Shown here piece by piece: positions 43,514-58,083 of a stretch of 64,000 nt of DNA; within the stretch, counting starts at the first letter, position 1, and each line of letters starts with the position of its first letter. The translations under genes and the position numbers were made by a program. The notes beneath the pieces are model-generated. The model had not been told where the DNA came from and ran no database searches. It saw only the letters and a program-made list of their open reading frames with translations. The stretch is from Acidobacteriota bacterium (GTDB lineage: Bacteria > Acidobacteriota > UBA890 > WLXD01). The stretch is from contig CBDBHB010000009.1 of the NCBI GenBank assembly GCA_965205505.1, forward strand, positions 1,504,001 through 1,568,000. Reading direction: 5' to 3'.

Positions 43514-44875
43514 ATGGGCTCGTTTGTCGACGACATCCTCGCTGCCGTAAAGGCCATCAATCCGGCCGAGCCGGAGTTCCATCAGGCCGTTCACGAAGTG
43601 CTGGAGTCGCTCGAGCCGGTGCTCGAGCAACGCCCGGAGTATCGACGCTACAAGATCGTCGAGCGCATGGTGGAGCCCGAGCGGGTGATCATGTTCCGTG
43701 TTCCCTGGGTCGACGACAGCGGCACCGTGCAGGTGAATCGAGGATTCCGGATCGAGATGAACAGCGCCATCGGCCCCTACAAGGGCGGCCTGCGCTTTCA
43801 CCCCTCGGTAACCCTCGGAATCCTGAAGTTCCTCGCCTTCGAACAGGTGTTCAAGAACGCTCTTACGACGCTGCCGATGGGGGGCGGCAAGGGCGGCTCG
43901 GACTTCAACCCTAAAGGTAAGAGCGACACCGAGGTGATGCGTTTCTGCCAGAGCTTCATGAGCGAGCTGTGCCGCCATATCGGACCCAACACCGACGTGC
44001 CCGCCGGTGATATCGGCGTCGGGGGACGCGAGATTGGGTTCCTTTTCGGTCAGTACAAGCGTCTTCGCAATGAATTCACCGGTGTGCTCACCGGCAAGGG
44101 CCTGGGCTGGGGCGGCTCGTTGATCCGCCCGGAGGCCACCGGTTACGGGTCGGTCTATTTCGCCGCGGAGATGGCGGCCACTCGGGGCGAGACGCTCGAG
44201 AACAAGGTGTGCCTCGTATCGGGCTCCGGCAACGTGGCGCAGTTCACCGTCGAGAAGATCCTGCAGCTGGGTGGCAAGGTCGTGACGCTCTCCGACTCCA
44301 GCGGATCGATTTACGACGAGACGGGGATCGACGGCGAGAAGCTCGAGTTCGTCAAGGAGCTGAAGAACGCGCGTCGGGGCCGCATCAAGGAGTACGCCGA
44401 GAAGTACCCCAAGGCGGTGTACTCGGTCGAGAATCCCGACGACGATCACAACCCGCTCTGGGATCACCCAGCCGATTGTGCCTTCCCTAGCTCGACGCAG
44501 AACGAGATCAACGGGAAGGATGCCGCAAATCTGCTGGCCGGCGGCGTCTGGCTAGTCTGCGAGGGCGCCAACATGCCGACTACGCTCGACGGGGTAGACG
44601 CGTTCATTGACGCCGGCATTCTGTTCGCTCCGGGCAAGGCCGCCAATGCGGGGGGGGTGGCCACGTCGGGGCTCGAGATGTCGCAGAACAGCATGCGACT
44701 GTCGTGGAGTCGTGCCGAGGTCGACGGCAAGCTCCATGGCATCATGCGTGAGATCCACCGCGCCTGCCAAACGACATCGGAGCAGTTCGGGGTGCCCGGC
44801 AACTACGTGTTGGGAGCCAATATCGCGGGCTTCGTCAAGGTGGCGGACGCGATGATCGACCAGGGGGTCGTGTAG
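43514..44875 (+). CDS. gdhA: NADP-specific glutamate dehydrogenase
   Basis: EPEFHQAV, GPYKGGLRFH, MGGGKGG, DVPAGDIGVG, RPEATGYG and PGKAANAGGV motifs. Confidence 0.95.
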   Translation: MGSFVDDILAAVKAINPAEPEFHQAVHEVLESLEPVLEQRPEYRRYKIVERMVEPERVIMFRVPWVDDSGTVQVNRGFRIEMNSAIGPYKGGLRFHPSVTLGILKFLAFEQVFKNALTTLPMGGGKGGSDFNPKGKSDTEVMRFCQSFMSELCRHIGPNTDVPAGDIGVGGREIGFLFGQYKRLRNEFTGVLTGKGLGWGGSLIRPEATGYGSVYFAAEMAATRGETLENKVCLVSGSGNVAQFTVEKILQLGGKVVTLSDSSGSIYDETGIDGEKLEFVKELKNARRGRIKEYAEKYPKAVYSVENPDDDHNPLWDHPADCAFPSSTQNEINGKDAANLLAGGVWLVCEGANMPTTLDGVDAFIDAGILFAPGKAANAGGVATSGLEMSQNSMRLSWSRAEVDGKLHGIMREIHRACQTTSEQFGVPGNYVLGANIAGFVKVADAMIDQGVV

Positions 44876-44902
44876 CGGGGACTCCGGATCTCAGGACTAT
44901 CG

Positions 44903-49789
<4,887 letters not shown>

Positions 49790-49997
49790 AGAGCGCTCGC
49801 CCCAAAACTGGGGATTTGTCGAGGTGGGGGAGCAAGAAAGCCACACCCAATCGGGGATCGTGACGTCTTGGCAGGCAGCTGAATCGTAGCGGGTTCTTGC
49901 TCCGCGGCAGTGCGTCCAACTACCATGCCGGTCTGCTGTCGCCGGTTCATGCACCGGTCCTTGCCAGGGTTGCCGCAGGGCACCTGCTGGAGTCGCT

Positions 49998-52109
49998 GTG
50001 GAGCTTCCGGAAACTATCGGCCGGTTCGAGATCGAACGCATCCTGGGCCGCGGTGCGATGGGCGTCGTCTACCTGGCCAAGGATCCGGTCCTGGATCGCG
50101 AGGTCGCCGTCAAGGTCATTCAGCTGCACCCCGGCCTCGACGAGAAGGACGTCAGTGAGCTCAGGAGCCGCTTCGAGGTAGAAGCTCGCGCTGCCGCGCG
50201 GATGTCGCACCCCAACCTGGTGACGATCTTCGACGCCGGCCTACAGGACGAGAGCCTCTATCTGGCGATGGAGTACGTTCGTGGCGAAGCTCTCGACTCG
50301 ATCATTGCGTCGGAGCGCATACTCACGTACAAGGAAACCGCCGACATCCTGTTGCAGCTCGGCGGCGGGCTCGATTTCGCCCACGATCACGGCATTGTCC
50401 ACCGCGATATCAAGCCGGCGAACATTCTCATCAACCGGCGCGGCCAGCCCAAGATCACCGACTTCGGTGTCGCCCGCGAGGCCACTTCCAACCTCACCAC
50501 CACCGGGACGATCATTGGCACGCCGGCGTACATGTCGCCCGAGCAGATCACCGGGCACAAGGTCTCCGGCGCCTCCGATCAGTTCTCCTTGGCGGTCATG
50601 GTTTACGAGATGTTGACCGGCAGAAAACCGTTCTTCGGTGCCGGTGCTACGACGATCATGTACAAGATCGTGCACGAGGACCCCGAGCAGCTGGACGAAG
50701 TGTGCAAGACGCTTCCCGCTGGGATCAATGAGGTCGTGATGCGGGCGCTTGCCAAGGAGCCTGCGGATCGTTATGCGAGCTGCTACGAGTTCGCCGAGAC
50801 GGTGCGCGATGTTCTCGGTGCGGCGCCCGCGGACGAGGCCGTCATGCTCAGCGCGACCGCCAAGCGCAAGGCGATGGACGTCGACAAGAAGACGATGAAG
50901 CTGGCGACGCCTGCGGCGGCAGAGGCAGCCACCCAGCTTGCTACTCTGGGCGCTGTGGTCGGCGAGGCGGCGGATCAGCCGGCGGCTGCAGCGTGGCTAG
51001 CGAGCGTCACGGACTTCCTATAGACCACGAACGGCAAGATCGCCGCCGGTGGCGGTGCTGCGGTGCTGCTCGTGGTGCTGGCGATTGCCATGTTTGCCGG
51101 CGGCGGCAGCGAGTCGACTCCGGCTGCCGCGCCCTCGCCGCCTTCTGCCCCGCCGCCGGTGGCTGCAGAGCCGATTGTCGAGGCAACGACACCCGAGCCA
51201 CGGGCGGCGAGCGACTCGAGTGCCGTGGATACGGGGGCCGATCCCGAGGCGGATGCTGACGGAGGTGGCGCCGGCGACCCTGCGGATGTCGCAGGTGTGA
51301 CTGCGGTACTGGACTCCGAAGAATTGACGGCGGACGCTAATGTACCCCTGGAACCGGCTCCTATCGAGGTGGCACCGGCACCGGGAGGCGTGCTTTCCGA
51401 GGCAACGCTATTCGCCCTTGCGGAGGCGCGGAGCCAGGCGACACCGAGCGATGTCATCTACCAGTTCGTCACCAGGCCGAACGGCGCCAGTATTCTGCTC
51501 AACGGCCGTCGGCTCGACGGCACGACGCCGCTGGCGGTGGCGATCGATCCCTCAGAGCACTATTCCGTCCTGATCGAGCAAGTCGGGCACTATCCGGTGA
51601 GCTGGGCCTTCGTGGCAGAAGAGCTCCCCGAGGAACAGCAGGCGAACCGTCGCCTCTACTTCCCGATGCGTTCGGTGCCGGCGGCCCGCGTCGATCCCGA
51701 GCCGGCGACACCCGACGAGTCGGAAGAGCAGCGGACTCCGCCTCCAGTCGTGGCCGAGCCGCAGCCCTCCCCGGTCGTGGTTCTGCCGCCGGTGGATCCG
51801 GTCCAGGTGCGCGGCAGCATCACGGCTCCCGAGGTGGTGGAGAAATCTGACATCGAGCTGCCAGACTGGGCCGTCGAGATGGGTCTGCCGCGGTACGTGC
51901 TCCCGGAACTGGTGATCGACCGTGAGGCACGAGTTCGCGAGGTCGAGGTGGTCCGAGCCGTGCACCCCGAGCTCGAGCGGCTCGCGATCGAGGCGGTGCG
52001 GACGTGGCGGTTCAACCCCGCGACTCGCGACGGGGTACCGATCGACGTCTTCTTCAATGTGGCCGTAGCGTTCAATGAGCCGGATGGCGGCGGAGCAGGA
52101 CGCCCCTGA
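49998..52109 (+). CDS. Hanks-type Ser/Thr kinase - TM - PEGA-like - TonB C-terminal fusion, interrupted by an in-frame TAG at 51021-51023
   Basis: GRGAMGVV, HRDIKPAN, DFG and GTPAYMSPE. The frame continues after TAG into a TM helix, a PEGA-like segment (TRPNGASILLNG...GTTP) and TonB_C (AIEAVRTWRFNPATRDG). Confidence 0.82.
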
Positions 52110-52112
52110 AGG

Positions 52113-52403
52113 GTGCGCTACGTCAGCCTCGTCGATTTGGGCTCCAATAGCGCGCGCCTTGTTGTCTTCGAGCTCGATCCCGGCAAGGGGTTTCGCCTAC
52201 TTGACGAGATCCGTGAGGTCATCCAGCTGGGCGCCGGGATCGCCCGAAACGGTGAGCTGAGCGACGACAGCATCGCGCGGGCGCTTGCGGCGCTGCGCAC
52301 GTTCTCCGACTTTGCCAAAGCTGCGTCGCTGCCGCGGCCACGCATCATGGCGACATCTGCGGTGCGCAGCGCCGCCAATCGCGACGCTCCCTGTTCCAGT
52401 TAG
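52113..52403 (+). pseudogene. ppx: N-terminal fragment of a Ppx/GppA exopolyphosphatase
   Basis: VDLGSNSARLVV and ATSAVRSAAN motifs; stops after 96 aa. Confidence 0.8.
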
Positions 52404-52468
52404 CGTACCAGCGCCGTCTGGTGCTCGTCGTGGCACCCACCTGAAGGCCGGTACCGACCGAAGCGGCG

Positions 52469-52966
52469 TCATCGTCGGTCGAGAAGACGCGGCGGCAGAA
52501 ACCACAGAAGCCTGCCGCAGGAGGGCTCGACACACGACCAGCCATCGGGTGCGAGCTTGATACAAGCGACCGCCGCGGTGGGGAAGGCTACCGAGGCGGC
52601 GCCCAGCAGCAACGACAAGGTGGCCGATAACCCGGGCTCGTGAGCGACCAGCATGACCGCTTCCAGGCTGTCATCGATCGCGCCGATCACGTCGAAGATC
52701 GCGGTTGGAAGCGCTTCGTAGAGCGCCTCCTCGAGGCGCAGGTCCGCGCTCCAAGCGCCTGCCTCGTGGGCGATCTCGGCGGTCATGCGCGCGCGCGTCG
52801 CCGTCGAGCAAACGACCAGCTCCGGGGGCCGTCTGGTCTGCGTGATCCAGCGGCCCATCGCCTTCGCGGCTCGTCGCCCCCGAGCATTGATCGGTCGTTC
52901 GTGGTCAGATCCGAAAGCCGCTCCCCAGTCGGATTTCGCATGCCGCATCAAGTACAGGGTTCTCAT
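52469..52966 (-). CDS. sixA: SixA-like histidine phosphatase
   Basis: MRHAKSDW, DHERP, STATRARMT and LVAHEPG motifs. Confidence 0.85.
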   Translation of the reverse strand: MRTLYLMRHAKSDWGAAFGSDHERPINARGRRAAKAMGRWITQTRRPPELVVCSTATRARMTAEIAHEAGAWSADLRLEEALYEALPTAIFDVIGAIDDSLEAVMLVAHEPGLSATLSLLLGAASVAFPTAAVACIKLAPDGWSCVEPSCGRLLWFLPPRLLDRR

Positions 52967-53049
52967 GTGCCGGTTCCTGCGTGCCGGTGTGGTTTTGCTG
53001 GCAGCTCCCTATACTAAGGTCTCTCGTGCGACGCTGATTTCGCTGCCCT

Positions 53050-53549
53050 GCGCGGCGCTCGCTTACCCATCCGTGATCGCGGCGCCCCATGGAATCAAGA
53101 CTGGCGACCCGATCATGGCGCTCTATCGTGCTTCGCGGGCCGGTGTTCAGCTCGATCTGCAGGTACGCGGCATCTGCTGCCTGCGACCCGGGGTGGAAGG
53201 CGTCAGCGAGAACATTCGCGTCAAGTCGATCCTCGGCCGTTTCCTGGAGCATGCCCGCATTTACTATTTCCGCAACGGCGGCGACGAGGAGCTGCTCATC
53301 GGCAGCGCAGACCTCATGCCGCGAAACTTCGACAACCGCATCGAAGTGCTGTTGCCGGTCCGCGACGCGGGGCTGCGCGACGGAATCCGGCGATGGATCA
53401 TGGCAACCCATTTGGCGGACAACGTCAACGCGCGGCGTCTTACTGCGGACGGCGAGTATGTTCCGTCGGACACGGCGGCGGTCGACGGGCTCGACTCGCA
53501 GCAGTGGATGATCGAACACCGGGGCACTTGGTCAACCAGCCCACTCTGA
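53050..53549 (+). pseudogene. ppk: C-terminal fragment of polyphosphate kinase 1
   Basis: ALYRASRAGV...VRGICCLRPG...SILGRFLEHARI...GSADLMPRNFDNRIE. Most of the protein is missing; start coordinate approximate. Confidence 0.8.
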
Positions 53550-53752
53550 CACCATGTCCCGCTGCGGGCGTGGCTTGAAGCGCATCCGGTGCTCAGCGAT
53601 AATCGGCCGGCGGCGAGGCTTCGCATCGGGCCTACCGTCGCCAGTCAGCCCCGCAGCGACGGTATGAGCGAGGGGCCTGTTTCTTGGGCTCAGATGGTGA
53701 AGCCTTCACGGACTTCTGAGTCGAGCCTCGGTCGGGGTGACCGGAAGAGACC

Positions 53753-54283
53753 ATGCTTGCCGCACAGGCAACCTTCTACTACATGGCCGGAGCCAGCGTT
53801 GCGAGCGCGCTTCTGGCGGTGACCCGGAAGAACCCGGTTCACAGCATGCTCTGGGTGCTGGCGCTTTTCCTGCACGTCGCGGGCATCTTTCTGCTGCTCG
53901 GTGCTGAGTTCCTGGCGGTGGTACAGATCATCGTGTACGCGGGCGCCATTCTGATCTTTTACCTTTTCGTGCTGATGCTGCTTGACCTTCCGGGTGAGGA
54001 GGCTCGGCCGCGCTTCGGAAGACACTGGCCGTTCGCCGCTGCCGTTGGACTTTCCTTTGGAGCTCTGGCCTGGCTTGCCCAGCTCGAGACCTTCGACCGT
54101 GCCGCAGCCTCCGGCGCAACCGTCAGGCGCGTGGCGGCCGAAGCCCTGGCGCCGGGTGGTCTCGAGGAGATCGGCATGGCGCTGTTCGGCCCGTTCGCAC
54201 TGCCCTTCGAGATCGCTGGGCTGGTGCTCCTGGCCGCCATCGTGGGGGCTGTCGTCCTCGCCCGAAAGAGGGGCCCGTCTTGA
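53753..54283 (+). CDS. nuoJ: Complex I subunit J
   Basis: KNPVHS, LGAEFLAVVQIIVYAGAI and FALPFE motifs. Confidence 0.92.
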   Translation: MLAAQATFYYMAGASVASALLAVTRKNPVHSMLWVLALFLHVAGIFLLLGAEFLAVVQIIVYAGAILIFYLFVLMLLDLPGEEARPRFGRHWPFAAAVGLSFGALAWLAQLETFDRAAASGATVRRVAAEALAPGGLEEIGMALFGPFALPFEIAGLVLLAAIVGAVVLARKRGPS

Positions 54284-54585
54284 TTCCGCCCATCGGTACG
54301 ATCCTGGGATTGAGCGCGATCCTCTTCGGGATCGGTGCGTTCGGTTTTCTCGCCCGGCGCAACATCATCCTGATGTTCGTCTCGGTCGAGGTGATGCTCA
54401 ATGCCGTAAACCTCAGTCTGGCGGGCTTCAGCCGCCACCTGGATGATCCGCGCGGCCAGGTGCTGGCCCTGTTTGTCATCGCGGTGGCGGCGGCAGAGGC
54501 AGGCGTTGGCCTGGGGCTCGTGATCGCGTTGAACCGGAACAAGCCCGGGGCTGGCGTGGCGGATCTGACCGAGCTCAAGTGGTGA
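54280..54585 (+). CDS. nuoK: Complex I subunit K
   Basis: RRNII...EVMLNAVNL...VAAAEAGVGL motifs. Confidence 0.92.
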   Translation: MIPPIGTILGLSAILFGIGAFGFLARRNIILMFVSVEVMLNAVNLSLAGFSRHLDDPRGQVLALFVIAVAAAEAGVGLGLVIALNRNKPGAGVADLTELKW

Positions 54586-54595
54586 TCCTGTCGGC

Positions 54596-56053
54596 ATGCC
54601 CTTGCTCCCGCTCCTAATCGTCCTCGTCCCGGCCGTCGGCGCACTTCTCATCGCGTGTACCGGCGAGCGGCGCGCCAACCTGCGTGAGCTCTGGTCGGTT
54701 GCGGCCGGCGTCGTCATGTTCGTCCTGACGGCGTCCATGGTTCCCGAGGTCCTGGCGGGGGGAACGCCCGGAAGCGTGCTGTTCCACATCCTGCCGGGCG
54801 TCGAGCTGGCCTTCCGAGTCGACGCTTTCGGTCTGCTGTTTGCTCTGGGCGCGTCGTTGCTCTGGATCCTCACGTCTTTTTACTCGATCGGCTACATGCG
54901 CACCCTCGAGGAGCACGCCCAGACCCGCTATTTCTCCTGCTTCGCCCTGGCGCTGTCGACCACTGTTGCGGTCGCATTCTCGGCCAACCTGTTTACCTTG
55001 TTCGTCTTCTACGAAGGATTGACCTTCGTTACCTACCCACTGGTTGCGCACAAGGAGACCGACGAGGCGCGGGCGGGGGCGCGCAAATACCTCATCTACC
55101 TTCTCGGCGCCGCGAAGCTTTGCCTGCTGCCCGCGATCATCTTGATCTACAACCTCGCCGGCACTTTGGAGTTCCGCAGCGGCGGCATCGTGGAGGCGGC
55201 GCAGGCAGCGCAACAGCCCACGCTGCTGCTGGTGATCTTCGCGCTCTTCTTGTTCGGGTTCGCCAAGAACGCGCTCATGCCGCTGCATAGCTGGTTACCG
55301 GCTGCGATGGTAGCGCCGACACCGGTGAGCGCGTTGCTGCATGCCGTGGCGGTGGTCAAGACAGGTGTTTTCTCCACACTCAGGGTGTTTCTCTTTGTCT
55401 TCGGTGCGGACGCCATGCGCGAGATCGGCGCGGATCAGCTGGCCCTAGTGGTTGCCTCGGTGACCATCCTGACGGCGTCGCTGCTGGCGCTCGGTCAAGA
55501 CAACCTCAAGGCCCGGTTGGCGTTCTCCACCGTCAGCCAGCTCTCGTACATCATCCTGGGCGCGGCGTTGCTGAATGCCAGCGGCGTTATGGGCGGGGCC
55601 GCCCACATCACCAACCACGCTGTCTCGAAGATCACGCTGTTCATGTGTGCCGGGTCGATCTACGCGTCCACGCACAAAACCGAGATCAGTCAGATGTCCG
55701 GCATCGCCCGGCGCCTGCCGTGGACCATGGCGGCGTTTGCGCTGGCCTCCCTGAGCATCGTGGGGATTCCGCTTACCAGCGGCTTCGTCTCCAAGTGGAA
55801 TATCGCTCTGGGCACCGTGGACGGCGATAGCACCGTGCTCTTGGGCGTGCTCTTGCTGAGCTCGCTGCTGAGCGCCGGGTACCTGGGCCCGGTCGTCTAC
55901 AAGGCGTATTTCGAGGAGGAATCGCCCGGCGCGGAGGAGGTTCGGGAGGTGCCGTGGATGGTGGCGCCGCTGGTGATCAGCGCCGCGGCAAGCTTACTCC
56001 TGGGTATCTTCCCGGGCTTCGTCCTGGAGTTGGCCGGCAGGGTCATGCCGTGA
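54596..56053 (+). CDS. Antiporter-like proton-translocating subunit (NuoL/MrpD family) lacking the NuoL C-terminal extension
   Basis: FYE, HSWLPAAMVAPTPVSALLHAVAVVK, LAFSTVSQL and KITLFMCAG motifs; 485 aa. Confidence 0.85.
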   Translation: MPLLPLLIVLVPAVGALLIACTGERRANLRELWSVAAGVVMFVLTASMVPEVLAGGTPGSVLFHILPGVELAFRVDAFGLLFALGASLLWILTSFYSIGYMRTLEEHAQTRYFSCFALALSTTVAVAFSANLFTLFVFYEGLTFVTYPLVAHKETDEARAGARKYLIYLLGAAKLCLLPAIILIYNLAGTLEFRSGGIVEAAQAAQQPTLLLVIFALFLFGFAKNALMPLHSWLPAAMVAPTPVSALLHAVAVVKTGVFSTLRVFLFVFGADAMREIGADQLALVVASVTILTASLLALGQDNLKARLAFSTVSQLSYIILGAALLNASGVMGGAAHITNHAVSKITLFMCAGSIYASTHKTEISQMSGIARRLPWTMAAFALASLSIVGIPLTSGFVSKWNIALGTVDGDSTVLLGVLLLSSLLSAGYLGPVVYKAYFEEESPGAEEVREVPWMVAPLVISAAASLLLGIFPGFVLELAGRVMP

Positions 56054-56313
56054 GCTTCTTGCAGAGGCAGCTGGAGGATCCCGTTCGCTTCGCGCGCATC
56101 AAGTGGTTGTTCTACATCGGCCTGGCGCTGATCGTGTTGGCCGAGGTCGGTCTGCCGTTGGTGTACGGACACGGCCACCCGCACTTCTCCTTCGAGACCT
56201 GGCCCGCGTGGGGGTCTGCGTACGGGTTGATCTCGTGCGTAGCGATCATCGTCATCTCGAAGCTCATCGGAAAGGCCTGGTTGATGCGCCCTGAGGGCTA
56301 CTATGAGGACTGA
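56050..56313 (+). CDS. Small two-TM hypothetical subunit of the operon
   Basis: GTGA overlap with the upstream stop; two hydrophobic helices flanking HGHPHF; ends LMRPEGYYED. Confidence 0.75.
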   Translation: MSFLQRQLEDPVRFARIKWLFYIGLALIVLAEVGLPLVYGHGHPHFSFETWPAWGSAYGLISCVAIIVISKLIGKAWLMRPEGYYED

Positions 56314-56319
56314 GCGGCG

Positions 56320-58083
56320 ATGAGCCTCGAGTGGGTCCACCCCGGCCTTATCCTCATTTTCGGCGCGTGGGCGATACCCGTCCTCAAGGGTCAGCTCAAG
56401 CGCGCGGCGATGCTGGCGGTGCCAGCCGCGGCGGTCGTCGCCTGCTGGACGATGGCTCCGGGGACGTACGGTGCGGTGCGCTTCCTCGGGCAGGAGCTGG
56501 TGTTCGGCCGTGTCGACAGCCTCAGCCTGGTGTTCTCCTATGTGTTCTCGATCATGGCCTTCGTGGGCATGGTCTACGCGCTTCACGTCGACGACGACTC
56601 CCAGCACGTCAGCGCCCTGACGTACGCGGGCGGCGCGCTCGGGGTGACCTTCGCTGGGGACTTCCTGTCGCTCTATGTTTTCTGGGAGCTGATGGCGGTT
56701 TCCTCGGTCTTCCTGGTGTGGCTGCGCCGCGAGGAATCAGCCGTGGCGGCCGGGTTCCGCTACCTGTTGGTACACGTCGTCGGCGGCCTTGTCCTGCTGG
56801 CGGGGATCGTGCTCCACTGGTCCGCAGCGGGGTCGCTTGCGTTCGGGGACATGGGCGCGTTCTCCGGCGGCGCTGCGTGGACGCTCATCCTCATCGCCTT
56901 CCTCATCAACGCCGCGGTCCCGCCCTTCGGGGCGTGGCTTCCTGATGCCTACCCCGAGGCCACGGTCACCGGCGGCGTCTTCATGACCGCCTTCACCACC
57001 AAGTCGGCGGTCTATGTGCTGATCCGCGGGTTCGCCGGCACCGAGCTGCTGGTGTGGCTGGGAGCGGCGATGGCGGTGTATGGCGTCGTCTATGCGGTAC
57101 TGGAGAACGACGCACGCCGGTTGCTCGCGTACCACATCATCAGCCAGGTGGGCTACATGGTCTGTGGCGTCGGTATAGGAACGGCGCTGGCCATCAACGG
57201 CGCCACCGCGCACGCATTCGCGCATATTCTCTACAAGGCGTTACTGTTCATGGGCGCGGGCGCGGTGCTGCAGGTGACCGGCCGTCGCAAACTCAGCGAG
57301 ATGGGTGGTCTCTACAAGACTATGCCGATCACCCTCGGGCTCTACATGATCGGCGCATTCGCGATCTCGGCAGTGCCCTTGTTCAGTGGCTTCGTGAGCA
57401 AGTCGATGGTGGTGTCTGCCGCCGGCGAGGCCCATATGCCGTGGATCTTTCTGACGCTGACGCTGGCTTCGGCCGGGACCTTCCTGCACACCGGTCTGAA
57501 GCTCCCGTACTACATGTTCTTCGGCAAGGACTCAGGCGTGCGCGCTCAGGAGCCGCCCCGGAACATGCTGGCGGCGATGGGCCTCGCGGCGGTAGCGTGC
57601 ACCGTGATCGGGCTGTTTCCCGGGCTCCTGTACCAGTACTTGCCTAACCCAGTCGACTACCACCCCTACACGCTGGCGCACGTCACCAATACGCTCGGCA
57701 TGCTCGGCTTCACCGCGCTGGGCTTCTTCTTACTGCTCAGGCAACTCGACCCGGAGCCCAAGGTCAGCCTCGACACCGACTGGTTCTACCGCCGAGGCAC
57801 CGTCCGGTTCCTGGCCCTGGTGAACGAGCCGCTGACGCGGCTCGAGTACGGCTTCGTGGGTCAGACCTACGAGTTCGTGATTCAACGGCCGGTGTTGAGC
57901 GTGGCGCGTTTCATGCGTAGCTTCGACAGCATCGTCGTCGATTCCGGAATCATCGGCGTCGGGCGCCTGACGCAAATGGTGAGCCGGGTAACGCAGTTCG
58001 CGGTGAGCGGACATGCGCAGCAGTACGGGTTGATCATGGCGGCCGGAATCGTCGCTGTGCTCGTCTGGGTGCTGGCGCGATGA
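56320..58083 (+). CDS. Antiporter-like subunit (Na+/H+ antiporter subunit D-like core) with a NuoL-type lateral-helix C-terminus
   Basis: FWE, WLPDAYPEAT, LLAYHIISQVGY and YKALLFM motifs; C-terminal FDSIVVD...SGHAQQY + TM resembles NuoL. Confidence 0.85.
   Translation: MSLEWVHPGLILIFGAWAIPVLKGQLKRAAMLAVPAAAVVACWTMAPGTYGAVRFLGQELVFGRVDSLSLVFSYVFSIMAFVGMVYALHVDDDSQHVSALTYAGGALGVTFAGDFLSLYVFWELMAVSSVFLVWLRREESAVAAGFRYLLVHVVGGLVLLAGIVLHWSAAGSLAFGDMGAFSGGAAWTLILIAFLINAAVPPFGAWLPDAYPEATVTGGVFMTAFTTKSAVYVLIRGFAGTELLVWLGAAMAVYGVVYAVLENDARRLLAYHIISQVGYMVCGVGIGTALAINGATAHAFAHILYKALLFMGAGAVLQVTGRRKLSEMGGLYKTMPITLGLYMIGAFAISAVPLFSGFVSKSMVVSAAGEAHMPWIFLTLTLASAGTFLHTGLKLPYYMFFGKDSGVRAQEPPRNMLAAMGLAAVACTVIGLFPGLLYQYLPNPVDYHPYTLAHVTNTLGMLGFTALGFFLLLRQLDPEPKVSLDTDWFYRRGTVRFLALVNEPLTRLEYGFVGQTYEFVIQRPVLSVARFMRSFDSIVVDSGIIGVGRLTQMVSRVTQFAVSGHAQQYGLIMAAGIVAVLVWVLAR

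Noticed and set aside
43193-44467. Long antisense ORFs (opposite gdhA; likewise 780-2450, 7449-9125, 62513-63718)
   Set aside because: Shadow ORFs expected from high-GC codon bias opposite well-supported genes; no independent motifs.
51021-51023. Pyrrolysine or genome-wide amber recoding
   Set aside because: Many genes in the window end at TAG at their expected C-termini, no pyl genes are present, and the site is non-catalytic.
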